Shown: positions 19,151 to 28,156 of the stretch, piece after piece
Numbering within the stretch: the stretch's first letter is position 1
How the letters are laid out: every line of letters begins with the position of its first letter
Origin: Oligoflexia bacterium
GTDB lineage: Bacteria; Bdellovibrionota; UBA1018
Assembly: GCA_963758495.1 (NCBI GenBank)
Contig: CAVWVI010000001.1
Location: 96,001 to 160,000 of the forward strand
DNA length: 64,000 nt
Reading direction: 5' to 3'
Notes under the pieces: model-generated
What the model was told of the DNA's origin: nothing
The model's database searches: none
What the model saw: the letters and a program-made list of their open reading frames with translations, nothing else
Program-made: the position numbers and the translations under genes

Positions 19151-20578
19151 TTATTCATGATTTATGAACGATGAATTGTACTGATAGCCTACGCCGTAGT
19201 CTCCGCTTGGAGAGCCATGGTTGTCGTGAATGTAACTCAGGAATTGAGTAGATACGACAAGCTCGCAGAACCAGATGACAGCAAGAGCTTGGGTCGCCTT
19301 CTTCGTATTGCCCTGAGTATCCTGAGTATCCTGGATATCCTGGGTATTACGAAAAATGAGTTGAGCGAGCCATAAAAACTCTAAGGGAAAAGTGATCAAC
19401 ATATAATGTCGATAAATGAATACTCCTAGGAGCGTGATGAAAATTCCGTATCCCCACATACCGGCGCTTCTTAAAAAGTCAGTTTCAGATGAGCTTCCTA
19501 TGAATTGCGCTTTCCAATTTAAGGGATGTCGCCACGTTTTTATAAAAGCTTTAGAAAGAATGAAAACACCTAAAGCCAATAGGATCATATGAGCTAAAGC
19601 CACCAGATAGGTAGGTTGATCTGAAACCAGAGGATAAGAAAGAAACTGGGTAAATTCCCTTTCTCCCAAGCTATACCAGACTCCTAATCCAAGTGGGTCG
19701 GTGATCCATAATTGCCAGAAACTCGAAGTCAGGAGGGGGTGGTAATCTAAGTGAATTAAATAGCTAAAAACTGAGCCATTTCTGGGCTGCTCAAACATAT
19801 AAATCAGCCACGGAATGAGAGGGATCAAGCCGAGTAAGCCTCCTGAAAGCAAGGCCCTGTAATGGATTTTCTTATTTACTTTGAGGTCATATCCAAAGAA
19901 AAACGTCCAAAAAAAGAGAGCGCCCGTGAAAAAAAAGCCCGTCATATGAATTTGTCCAATCAGGACACCGATTAACCCCCAAATGAAGGCACCCCAGATT
20001 TTATCTCGGCGCCACCACCCCATAATCAGTAAACAGCAGAAAATAGGGAGCACACTTTGAGCCCAAATTTTTCGTTCAAGGATGATCATAAATGGATTGA
20101 CCGATGCGAGAGCAATGGCCCAAAACCATTCTGGCTTCTGTTCTCTGGGAACGGTTTTGATGGCAAATACGGTAAAAGCGATCAGGGCTAGGATATTGAG
20201 GATTTGAACTCCTCTCGCAAGTTCTGGAGGGGTATCGGCAGATATGATTTTACTGAGAGCTAGAAATACCCAAATACTCATCCCAGGATTTCGGGTGCCC
20301 ACACCTGACGCCATACCTAGCGCAGGAAGGGGCTCTACTACCCCTACCCTTTGAGTTCTTTCAAACATGAAGTGCTCGTCATACTTGTATTCTATATCTG
20401 CACCCCACATCACTCGGAGGATAGCTCCGATAGTCAGAGTCAGGGCCAGAAAATACTTCCAATTTCCAGATAAATTTTGTCCAGATAAGCTTTGTCCAGA
20501 TAAGATTTGTCCAGATAAGATTTGTGATGATAAATTTTGTGCTTCTTGAGATTCTATCTTTTTAAATATTTTGAGCAT
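19151..20578 (-). CDS. GT-C-like multi-TM membrane protein (putative glycosyltransferase)
   Basis: Many TM helices, YKYDE loop, RKIWAQS motif; N-terminal 15-bp tandem repeats. Confidence 0.65.
   Translation of the reverse strand: MLKIFKKIESQEAQNLSSQILSGQILSGQSLSGQNLSGNWKYFLALTLTIGAILRVMWGADIEYKYDEHFMFERTQRVGVVEPLPALGMASGVGTRNPGMSIWVFLALSKIISADTPPELARGVQILNILALIAFTVFAIKTVPREQKPEWFWAIALASVNPFMIILERKIWAQSVLPIFCCLLIMGWWRRDKIWGAFIWGLIGVLIGQIHMTGFFFTGALFFWTFFFGYDLKVNKKIHYRALLSGGLLGLIPLIPWLIYMFEQPRNGSVFSYLIHLDYHPLLTSSFWQLWITDPLGLGVWYSLGEREFTQFLSYPLVSDQPTYLVALAHMILLALGVFILSKAFIKTWRHPLNWKAQFIGSSSETDFLRSAGMWGYGIFITLLGVFIYRHYMLITFPLEFLWLAQLIFRNTQDIQDTQDTQGNTKKATQALAVIWFCELVVSTQFLSYIHDNHGSPSGDYGVGYQYNSSFINHE
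20465..20539. repeat. 15-bp in-frame tandem repeat x5
   Basis: TCCAGATAAGATTTG-like units encoding QNLSS/QILSG/QILSG/QSLSG/QNLSG. Confidence 0.85.
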
Positions 20579-20656
20579 CCCATTTCCGAACGTGAAAATA
20601 GGAAAATCCTGTGGTATCCACAGGATTTTCCAAAAACAGCTAAGATTTTTCTACTT

Positions 20657-20944
20657 TCAGTTACCTACTTTGCCAGAGCCAAATTTCGGGTGATTCTTTT
20701 TGCATGCCGCTATGATCGAGGGATCAATGGATGGAAGTGGGAGGACCGACTTTTTGGCGGTAGTTCCTTGCACTACGGGATCAATACAATCCATCCATAG
20801 ACCTTTGCCCTCTTTGGCTTCGCCTTTCACGAATCCTGCTTTCTCACAAGCTTCTTTAATTTGCTTGCAGGGACCTTCATTCGCTCGGGATAAGGGTCCT
20901 GATGCCAACAACATAACCGATAATAAATAAATTAAATTTTTCAT
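20657..20944 (-). CDS. Small exported Cys-containing hypothetical protein
   Basis: MKNLIYLLSVMLLASGPLSRA signal peptide, four Cys. Confidence 0.7.
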   Translation of the reverse strand: MKNLIYLLSVMLLASGPLSRANEGPCKQIKEACEKAGFVKGEAKEGKGLWMDCIDPVVQGTTAKKSVLPLPSIDPSIIAACKKNHPKFGSGKVGN

Positions 20945-21048
20945 GACTAAAATTCTAATTAAATAGCTCAATATGGCAAGTGAATAGTATGACTGTTGTA
21001 GGCAGCCAGCTATGAAACCCGTCCCTCACAAAATACCTCACAATGATC

Positions 21049-22632
21049 TTAATAATGAGGTGGCCTTAAAGGAACGTAATGCATCTCATCCACCGTGTCA
21101 TCATGCACTTCACCTTGGTCATTTTTGTGTTCTTCATAACGAGGATGGTTTTTATGATTCCCAAAATTCCAATGCCAAGGATTTTTGCATAGAGGACATT
21201 CAATTCCATTACATCCATCGATTCGGTGAACCACTTTTCCACAGTAATAACAGGGGCGGTTCACGGCGCCACTCTGTGTGGCCCCACTCATGAATAGCTC
21301 CATTTCTTCTTTTTGAGCCTTTTCAAATTCTTGGCAGGGGTTAGCGTGATCTTTCCCACATTGCAGGTACCCTTTAAAATCACAGAGTAAGCAAATATAA
21401 TAAATCGATTCTTTGGGGTTAAGAGGATCCAGGATCGCTCCTCCTGGACAATCGACTCCAGGGCAGGGAGTATAATCCGGATTCATTTTGTTAAAATTGA
21501 GAACTTGCCTTTGGGTGACTCGGGTCAGGGTTTTTTCATCTAAGCCAATATTTTTGAAAAAAGAAAGCTGGGTGATCTCTTTACACTGTGGACAAGTACT
21601 GAGTTCAGCTCCTCCTCCTTTGAGTTCACATTCTGCATAAAACTGGGCACACTTCAGACAAAGGACACACGAACATTCAGCAGGTCCTGTCTCACACCGC
21701 ACTGCATTTGTGCCATCCGGTGGGCCATCCCGTAAATCATCTCTACAAACAAGACAGGACTGTTCTACTTGCTGTTCCATCTGTTCCATCTGTTCTGGCT
21801 GTTCCGATCTATGATGACGGAGCAGTGTCATCTCATTTTCTTTTTCCTGATAATAAAGCTCTTTGCCTTGAGATTGAATGCGTTTGAGTAAGAAAGCTAA
21901 CACACGAGCGCTTTTTGAATGGGGATCTTGAGCTTCCACCTCTTTTAGATCCTCCAGTAAATTTGCTTTCAGTGTTTTTAACTCACTGCTTTGAGTGGCC
22001 TTTGTCAGTTTAGGAAAATAATAAAGAAGATAATAAGGGGGGGTCATTAAATCACGAGCATAAAATAAGGCGGTCCTGCCTTTCTTATTTTTAACTTCTG
22101 GATCTGCTCCATTTTTCAGGAGAGTTTTTACAATTTGAGTACGGCCCTTAACGACTGCCCAGATGAGAGCGGTGTTGCCATAATGATCTGTATGATTTAA
22201 CTCAGCTCCGTGTTTGATTAATAATTTTGTAACCTTGAGGTTGCCCTCAATTGTGGCCCATAAAAGAGCAGTGTTGCCATAATGATCGATATGATTTAGG
22301 TTAGCCCCATATTGAATGAGGATCTTTACAACCTCAAAATAGGCATAAAATGCTGCTATGTTGAGGGCACTATTGCCGTTCGTATCTTGCTCTTCAAGAT
22401 AGAGTTTCTGCCTACGGTTTACTTTTTCCTGGAGAGCCGCTTCATCGCGATTGATCCAATAAGCCAGGGTTTCCGTCCAAGTAGGGTGAGAGATTTCGCT
22501 CAGGAGTTTTACTATCTTCCGTTGAGGTGAATGTCTTGAATGCACGAGCCAGATCAGCTTAGGTTCTGTCGCATAAGACAGATTCAGTGAAAAAGCCAGG
22601 AGTGTGGAGATCACAATGAATCGACTCATCAA
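21049..22632 (-). CDS. Exported ankyrin-repeat + RING-IBR-RING (RBR) E3 ubiquitin ligase-like protein
   Basis: Signal peptide; ankyrin repeats (GNSALNIAA, GNTALLWA, GNTALIWA); CLVC...CSCVLCLKC...CPQC; CPGVDC...CLLC...QCGKDH.NPC; RPCYYC...DGCNGIECPLC...WHW. Confidence 0.8.
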   Translation of the reverse strand: MMSRFIVISTLLAFSLNLSYATEPKLIWLVHSRHSPQRKIVKLLSEISHPTWTETLAYWINRDEAALQEKVNRRQKLYLEEQDTNGNSALNIAAFYAYFEVVKILIQYGANLNHIDHYGNTALLWATIEGNLKVTKLLIKHGAELNHTDHYGNTALIWAVVKGRTQIVKTLLKNGADPEVKNKKGRTALFYARDLMTPPYYLLYYFPKLTKATQSSELKTLKANLLEDLKEVEAQDPHSKSARVLAFLLKRIQSQGKELYYQEKENEMTLLRHHRSEQPEQMEQMEQQVEQSCLVCRDDLRDGPPDGTNAVRCETGPAECSCVLCLKCAQFYAECELKGGGAELSTCPQCKEITQLSFFKNIGLDEKTLTRVTQRQVLNFNKMNPDYTPCPGVDCPGGAILDPLNPKESIYYICLLCDFKGYLQCGKDHANPCQEFEKAQKEEMELFMSGATQSGAVNRPCYYCGKVVHRIDGCNGIECPLCKNPWHWNFGNHKNHPRYEEHKNDQGEVHDDTVDEMHYVPLRPPHY

Positions 22633-24119
22633 GAATCGCTTAAGCTAGAACACACGAAAGCCACATCATTGGCTTTTGAATCAATCATCAAATCAAGAGG
22701 ATTCACTGAAATGAGTTGATTTCGATGAATGGATTCACGAGCAGGAATAAGGATTCGAAGATAATTAGGCGTGTAACCGGCAATCCATTGATTCTCTCCT
22801 TGTTTTTCCATCAGGACTTGATTGAGTTTAGAGCCACTCGAGGAATCTTGAGAGGAGCACTGCCTTAAAATAGAGCGGTAATGTTGAGTGAGTCGCTCCA
22901 TACTGAGCTGGGTGAGTTTACGAGCCCTTTGTACACGGGTAGCCTGAGGAACTGAAGCGGGTAATCGGGTGGCTGGAGTCCCTTCCCTTTCGCTATAGGG
23001 AAAAACATGCAGTCGGGTCCATGGAAGAGTAGAAAGTGCTTGATAACCCCATTCAAATTCTTCGTCCGTTTCTCCAGGAAATCCTGTGATCACATCCATC
23101 CCTACAAAAACTCCTCCGATTGGAGAAGGAATTTGAGCAATTTCTTCGAGGCAATCTTTCACTTCTTCAAAACCGTAGCGTCTTTTCATCAGGCGTAAAA
23201 TGCGACTGTGCGGACTTTGAAGAGACACATGAAAGTGTGGACAAAATCGAGGATTCTTTTTCATCAACTGGAGAATCTGCGGCGTGATTTCGGTAGGATC
23301 TAAGGAACTGACTCGGATTCTCTCGAGATCGGTTTGTTCAAGAATCATTTCAAGCAAATCACCTAATGCAGGTTGAGAACCCCAATCCATTCCGTAATCA
23401 CCGATGTTGGTCCCCGTAATGATGACTTCGCGAATCCCTTGCTGAATGAGCTGACGGATTTGCTCAATCAGCTCTCTGGGTCTTAAACTTCGACTCGGCC
23501 CTCGACCGTAAGGGATAATACAATAAGTACAAAAAGAGTTACACCCTTCCTGGATCTTTAAAAAAGCCCTTGTTTTGCTGGATTGCCCCTTTAAATGAGT
23601 GGGAGGGGTCTGAAATGAATCTATCGCGGGAGGCCATTCCCGGTCCATGGGATGTTTGGAGAGTAGTTGTACATATGATTTTGTAGTTCCAAGGATTTCT
23701 GGGGTTTCGGGTAAGGGGGAAGATGGGCTGAGGATATGCGAAGGTAAAGTAGAAAGAGAATTGACCTGATTGAGAACTAAATCAACAAGCCCCGGTTTGT
23801 TTTGATTTCCCACGACATAATGAACACCCGGTGATTGTGCTAAACTCTCTGGATCCACTTCAGCACCACAGCCTGTAACCACTACGACTGCGTTTGGATA
23901 ATCCTTGGATAGCTTTTTAGCCATCTTTCGGCTTTGTCGATCCGCTTCGTTCGTCACGGTACAGCTATTGACAATACAAAGCTGGACTTGCTCCTGACTG
24001 CTATCGCTCCCTTCTCTCGGCAACCAACCCCGATTTTGAAGGTCATCCTCAATGAGTTGACTGTCGGAGAGGTTGGCTTTGCAGCCTAAAGTTTTGAGAA
24101 TATACTGATTTTTTCTCAT
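22629..24119 (-). CDS. mtaB: tRNA t6A methylthiotransferase MtaB
   Basis: TLGCKAN, NSCTVT, GCNSFCTYCIIP radical-SAM motif, LHVFPYS.R.GT. Confidence 0.9.
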   Translation of the reverse strand: MRKNQYILKTLGCKANLSDSQLIEDDLQNRGWLPREGSDSSQEQVQLCIVNSCTVTNEADRQSRKMAKKLSKDYPNAVVVVTGCGAEVDPESLAQSPGVHYVVGNQNKPGLVDLVLNQVNSLSTLPSHILSPSSPLPETPEILGTTKSYVQLLSKHPMDREWPPAIDSFQTPPTHLKGQSSKTRAFLKIQEGCNSFCTYCIIPYGRGPSRSLRPRELIEQIRQLIQQGIREVIITGTNIGDYGMDWGSQPALGDLLEMILEQTDLERIRVSSLDPTEITPQILQLMKKNPRFCPHFHVSLQSPHSRILRLMKRRYGFEEVKDCLEEIAQIPSPIGGVFVGMDVITGFPGETDEEFEWGYQALSTLPWTRLHVFPYSEREGTPATRLPASVPQATRVQRARKLTQLSMERLTQHYRSILRQCSSQDSSSGSKLNQVLMEKQGENQWIAGYTPNYLRILIPARESIHRNQLISVNPLDLMIDSKANDVAFVCSSLSDS

Positions 24120-24183
24120 CTTTTTTTTCTATAAAACTTTTACATAAAAATTTTATGTAATATTTATTTTTATCAAGCGTTTT

Positions 24184-25311
24184 TTAGGCAACACCGACTT
24201 CAGCGCCCATACTTTCAATAAAAGCTCCGCCTAGAGTTTCATTGCCTTGGTAGAAAACAATGGCTTGACCCGGTGTAATGGCTCTTTGCGGCTCATCAAA
24301 TTCAACATGAATTCGATTTCCTTCAAAGCAGGTCACTTGGCAAAGTGCTTCTTCATGACGAGAACGAATTCGAGCTTTACAACGAATCCCATGGAGTTGA
24401 TCCACAGGACAAATCCAATTCATATCTGTAGCAACTAAAACACTATTGAAGAGGTGTTTTTCCGGGCCCACAATCAGAGCCTGGTTCTTGGTATCAAATC
24501 CCACTACAAAGTATTGATCAGGATTTTGAACTCGGAGTTGAAGACCTTTCCTTTGACCGATTGTATAACGATGAAGTCCCTCATGAGTTCCCACAATACT
24601 CCCGTCAACGGTGCGAATCATGCCTACCGGACGAAGGGGGGATGCCACTCTTTTTTCAATAAACTCTTTATAGCCCTCTTGGCCGATAAAACAAATTTCT
24701 TGGCTATCTGCTTTTTGCGCTACTGCAAGACCGTATTCTTCAGCTAATTTTCTGACCATCATTTTAGGAAGGCTTCCTAATGGCATTAAGGTTCTCTGCA
24801 AAGCTTTTTGAGTCAAACCAAATAGAAAATAAGTTTGATCTTTATGAGGGTCCACTGCTTTTTCGAGGTGAGCAAGATGCGTCGTAGAGTCTTGAATGAC
24901 TTGCGCATAATGTCCCGTAGCTACCCAATGGCAGTCCAATTCATCGGCTTTTTGAAAAAGGTAATTAAATTTAATTTGATTATTACATTGAACGCATGGA
25001 TTTGGAGTGCGATTCTGTAGGTATTCATGGACAAAGTAATCGACTACTTTATCTTTAAATATATCTTGTGCATTAATGACGTAATAAGGAATATCAAGCT
25101 TATCACAAACTCTTCGTGCATCATTTGAATCGATCAAGGAACAACACCGGCCTCCAAATCGTTCTAAATTCGCTTCACCATGATCCCAAAGCTGCATATG
25201 CACACCGACCACATCATAACCTTGGCACTTTAAAAGTGCCGCGGTCACAGAGCTATCGACGCCTCCGCTCATTGCTACTAATACTTTTTTCGACTCATTT
25301 CCTGACAGCAC
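24184..25311 (-). CDS. mnmA: tRNA 2-thiouridylase MnmA
   Basis: AMSGGVDSS, TPNPCV.CN, ATGHYA, DQTYFL, DSQEICF and TPGQA motifs. Confidence 0.95.
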   Translation of the reverse strand: MLSGNESKKVLVAMSGGVDSSVTAALLKCQGYDVVGVHMQLWDHGEANLERFGGRCCSLIDSNDARRVCDKLDIPYYVINAQDIFKDKVVDYFVHEYLQNRTPNPCVQCNNQIKFNYLFQKADELDCHWVATGHYAQVIQDSTTHLAHLEKAVDPHKDQTYFLFGLTQKALQRTLMPLGSLPKMMVRKLAEEYGLAVAQKADSQEICFIGQEGYKEFIEKRVASPLRPVGMIRTVDGSIVGTHEGLHRYTIGQRKGLQLRVQNPDQYFVVGFDTKNQALIVGPEKHLFNSVLVATDMNWICPVDQLHGIRCKARIRSRHEEALCQVTCFEGNRIHVEFDEPQRAITPGQAIVFYQGNETLGGAFIESMGAEVGVA

Positions 25312-25314
25312 GAT

Positions 25315-26493
25315 TCAACCTCTCTTTTTTTCTCTATGGGTTTTCATTCGGGTTACAATTCGGTCTAAAGTCGAGACAAACCCTTCTAAAAGTACCCAAT
25401 CCATCTCATCTACAAGGGAAACCCTAATAGCAGCCATCGCCTGAGCTTTGGTTCGGCCCATAGCTAATAGCACATGAGAAGGTTCAAGAACACCACTTGC
25501 GCAAGCAGATCCAGAACTCACTGAAAACCCAGCTAAATCTAAGGCCATAATCAATCCATCACCCTCGATGCCCTCAAAACTCAAATTCAACGTATTGGCT
25601 ACGCGAAGGGCATCTCCTCCATTCACTAAAGTTCCAGGAATTCGCTCGCAGATCGCTTCTTGAAGTCGATTTCGCAAAAGAGTCACTGGAGGAGCCCATT
25701 GGAGTGGGTTTAAGCTCTTTGCCGCAGCACCTAGGGCAATTAAACCCAAAACATTTTCTGTTCCACCTCTTCGTCCCTTTTCTTGCTTACCAGGAATGAC
25801 CGAATAGGCGGGATTTCCCTTACCTAGCCAAAGAATTCCAGTACCAGCAAGACCCCCAATTTTGTGGCCAGAAAAAGTGACAAATTGAGCGTTTAGCCCA
25901 TCTAAATCAATAGGCAGCTTACCCCACGCTTGTGCCCCATCTAAGTGCAAAGGAAGAGAAAGGGATCGAGTGAGTTCTGCTAATTGTGCAACAGGAGTCA
26001 TGACTCCGGTCTCATTATTCACCCAAACAGAGCTAACTAACGCTGTTTCTGGCCTCCTTAGGCTTTCTAAAGCAGCCACTTGGGGTATTCCATTCGAATT
26101 CAAGGGGAGATAGCTCACACTTCCGCCTCGACGCTCTAGCCATGCTACCATTTGCAAATTGGAGTCATGCTCCACGGGAGTCGTGATCCAATGAGGTCGT
26201 TCTCCTTTTATGAGTTTAGGCTCCAATACTGAACGAATAGCGAGTTGATTTGCCTCAGTTCCTGAGGAGGTAAAAACCAACTGCTCTGGATCTGTTTTTT
26301 GGCCTAAAGACAAAGCAATTCGCTCTCTTGCTTCTGCTAATGCCCGTTTAGCTTGTCTGCCATGAGAATGAATACTGGAAGGGTTGGGGATGAAAACGCT
26401 TTCCTTTAAAAAAGGGAGGAGCGCCTCCAAAGCCGATGGCTTCAGGGGCGCTCCTGCGTTTGAATCAAGATAAATCGCGGTCCTTGCCAACAT
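25315..26493 (-). CDS. iscS: Cysteine desulfurase (IscS/NifS type)
   Basis: IYLDSNA, NPSSIH, SGHK (PLP Lys), SSGSAC; start at ATG 26493 preferred. Confidence 0.85.
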   Translation of the reverse strand: MLARTAIYLDSNAGAPLKPSALEALLPFLKESVFIPNPSSIHSHGRQAKRALAEARERIALSLGQKTDPEQLVFTSSGTEANQLAIRSVLEPKLIKGERPHWITTPVEHDSNLQMVAWLERRGGSVSYLPLNSNGIPQVAALESLRRPETALVSSVWVNNETGVMTPVAQLAELTRSLSLPLHLDGAQAWGKLPIDLDGLNAQFVTFSGHKIGGLAGTGILWLGKGNPAYSVIPGKQEKGRRGGTENVLGLIALGAAAKSLNPLQWAPPVTLLRNRLQEAICERIPGTLVNGGDALRVANTLNLSFEGIEGDGLIMALDLAGFSVSSGSACASGVLEPSHVLLAMGRTKAQAMAAIRVSLVDEMDWVLLEGFVSTLDRIVTRMKTHREKKRG

Positions 26494-26980
26494 TGGGTTG
26501 ATTGCTTGGAGCTTGGAAATTTCCCATGTCCAGCATACTGTCAGTAGCTTTTGGAAGGTCTTGAGAACCACGGGCCTTACGAATCAGATCGCCTACCGAA
26601 GTAGTCGTCAAATATTCTTGCATAATCAGCCCTAAGTTTTCAAAATAAGTTTTAGTTAAAACAAATTCAACGGTATCGCTTTTAGCATCGCCGGTTCCGA
26701 CTAAATCCCGAGCAGGATTAATATTTTCCCCGACACTGACCAAAACATCCCGAATCGAAATTTCATCCATAGAACGGGAAAGAACATATCCCCCACCAGG
26801 CCCACGCACGCTCTTTACAACCAATCCTTTACGTAATCGGCGAAAAAGCTGCTCTAGATAATGAAGTGAAATATTTTGACGTTCTGAAATTTCTTGAAGA
26901 CGCACAGGTCTTCCATTTGAATTAAAAGTAAGATCTAAAATTGCTCGGACTGCATATCGTCCCTTTGAAGTTAAGCGCAT
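26465..26980 (-). CDS. Rrf2-family transcriptional regulator lacking Cys ligands
   Basis: MRLTSKGRYAVRA, YLEQLF..LR..GLV.SVRGPGGGY; no Cys in the protein. Confidence 0.9.
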   Translation of the reverse strand: MRLTSKGRYAVRAILDLTFNSNGRPVRLQEISERQNISLHYLEQLFRRLRKGLVVKSVRGPGGGYVLSRSMDEISIRDVLVSVGENINPARDLVGTGDAKSDTVEFVLTKTYFENLGLIMQEYLTTTSVGDLIRKARGSQDLPKATDSMLDMGNFQAPSNQPNVGKDRDLS

Positions 26981-27216
26981 ATATTTTCTCCCTGTTCCTC
27001 TCACAAATCCTATATGTGGGTTATCATGTCATATCTTACACGTCAACTACTAAACCCCAAATTCCGAAGTTTTTTAGTCACTCTCTTTGATCAAATGGGC
27101 GCCCAGATTCGCTCCTAAGGTTTTAAAATAAATTATAGTTTTCTCTCTAAGTCACCGAAAAGATAACCGAAAGATAAGAGGAAAGGAACGATTACGAGGC
27201 ATTCACAAGGCATTCT

Positions 27217-28011
27217 ATGACTGACCCCAAAAACCCTAAAGACGATAAAACCAGCTTTACGATTGAAAATGACCGATCCCAAATCATGGATATGCCTAGT
27301 GTTACTAAACTTTTAAATAGAAAATCACTCGGAATTTCAAAACAGCCTCTGCCCCCCGCCCCCCCCTCTCCTCCAAGTATCACTGACTCCGTCATACCTC
27401 CCGTCATACCTCCCGTCATACCTCCCGTCATACCTCCCGTCATACCTCCCGCTCCCGCCCCCACTCCCTCACCTCCAACCCAAGTCCTCAAAGTTCAGCC
27501 AGCTTCCCGAAGATCGTCGGGATCGACTCAAAAGTTAAATCTTTGGGAGCCCCAAATGCTTCGGGTAGGAACTGACCCTTTGGGTAAAGGGATTGATCTG
27601 ATGCTTCAAAGAGGAGCAATCAGTGCATTATTTCTTGCCCTGTCCGCTCCCCCTATAGGCTCTCCAGTACCTCTTTTCGTAAGCACTGCAACCGTCCTAC
27701 CTCAGGATAGACTCAGTATTTGGACGGGCCTCAAATGGGATCCAAGAGTCGTTCCAGAAATGTGGAATTTCTATATTCGAAGTGGATACGTAGAGCTTCC
27801 TCCCCCGGGTGCAAATACCCATCAAAACAGTCATCGCAATATCGTAAGATTGGCATTTGGGATCACGCACCCAGAATGGCTTTTACTGGTACAAGTCGGA
27901 CCTTCCCATCAAAGTCGAGGGGTTGTGGCTTTTGTGTCTCATCAAAGCCTATTACCCTCTCTCAGCGAAGCGAAGCCCTTCCTCAGTGCGCCTCTGCCGA
28001 AAAATAGCTAA
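27217..28011 (+). CDS. Proline-rich hypothetical protein
   Basis: 264-aa ORF with a VIPP x5 linker and a globular-looking C-terminus. Confidence 0.7.
   Translation: MTDPKNPKDDKTSFTIENDRSQIMDMPSVTKLLNRKSLGISKQPLPPAPPSPPSITDSVIPPVIPPVIPPVIPPVIPPAPAPTPSPPTQVLKVQPASRRSSGSTQKLNLWEPQMLRVGTDPLGKGIDLMLQRGAISALFLALSAPPIGSPVPLFVSTATVLPQDRLSIWTGLKWDPRVVPEMWNFYIRSGYVELPPPGANTHQNSHRNIVRLAFGITHPEWLLLVQVGPSHQSRGVVAFVSHQSLLPSLSEAKPFLSAPLPKNS
27391..27450. repeat. Perfect 12-bp tandem repeat x5
   Basis: GTCATACCTCCC x5, encoding VIPP. Confidence 0.9.
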
Positions 28012-28156
28012 CTTCTCAAAAGGACACACACGACGCCATTTATACGTAACGCACTGCACTCTTTCATCGTAAGTGTTCCTTTAGGGCTCCTTACAGTGCT
28101 TATTTTTATCAATCAGCTCATTCTCGCAATTCGGAATTGCCAAAGTATAAGGACTT

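Noticed and set aside
27059..27083. IscR-like box AATTCCGAAGTTTTTTAGTCACT upstream of rrf2
   Set aside because: Palindrome is too imperfect to call without comparative data.
27192..27491. Gly/Met-rich GGMT-repeat ORF on the minus strand
   Set aside because: Antisense shadow of the VIPP repeat in the longer plus-strand gene.
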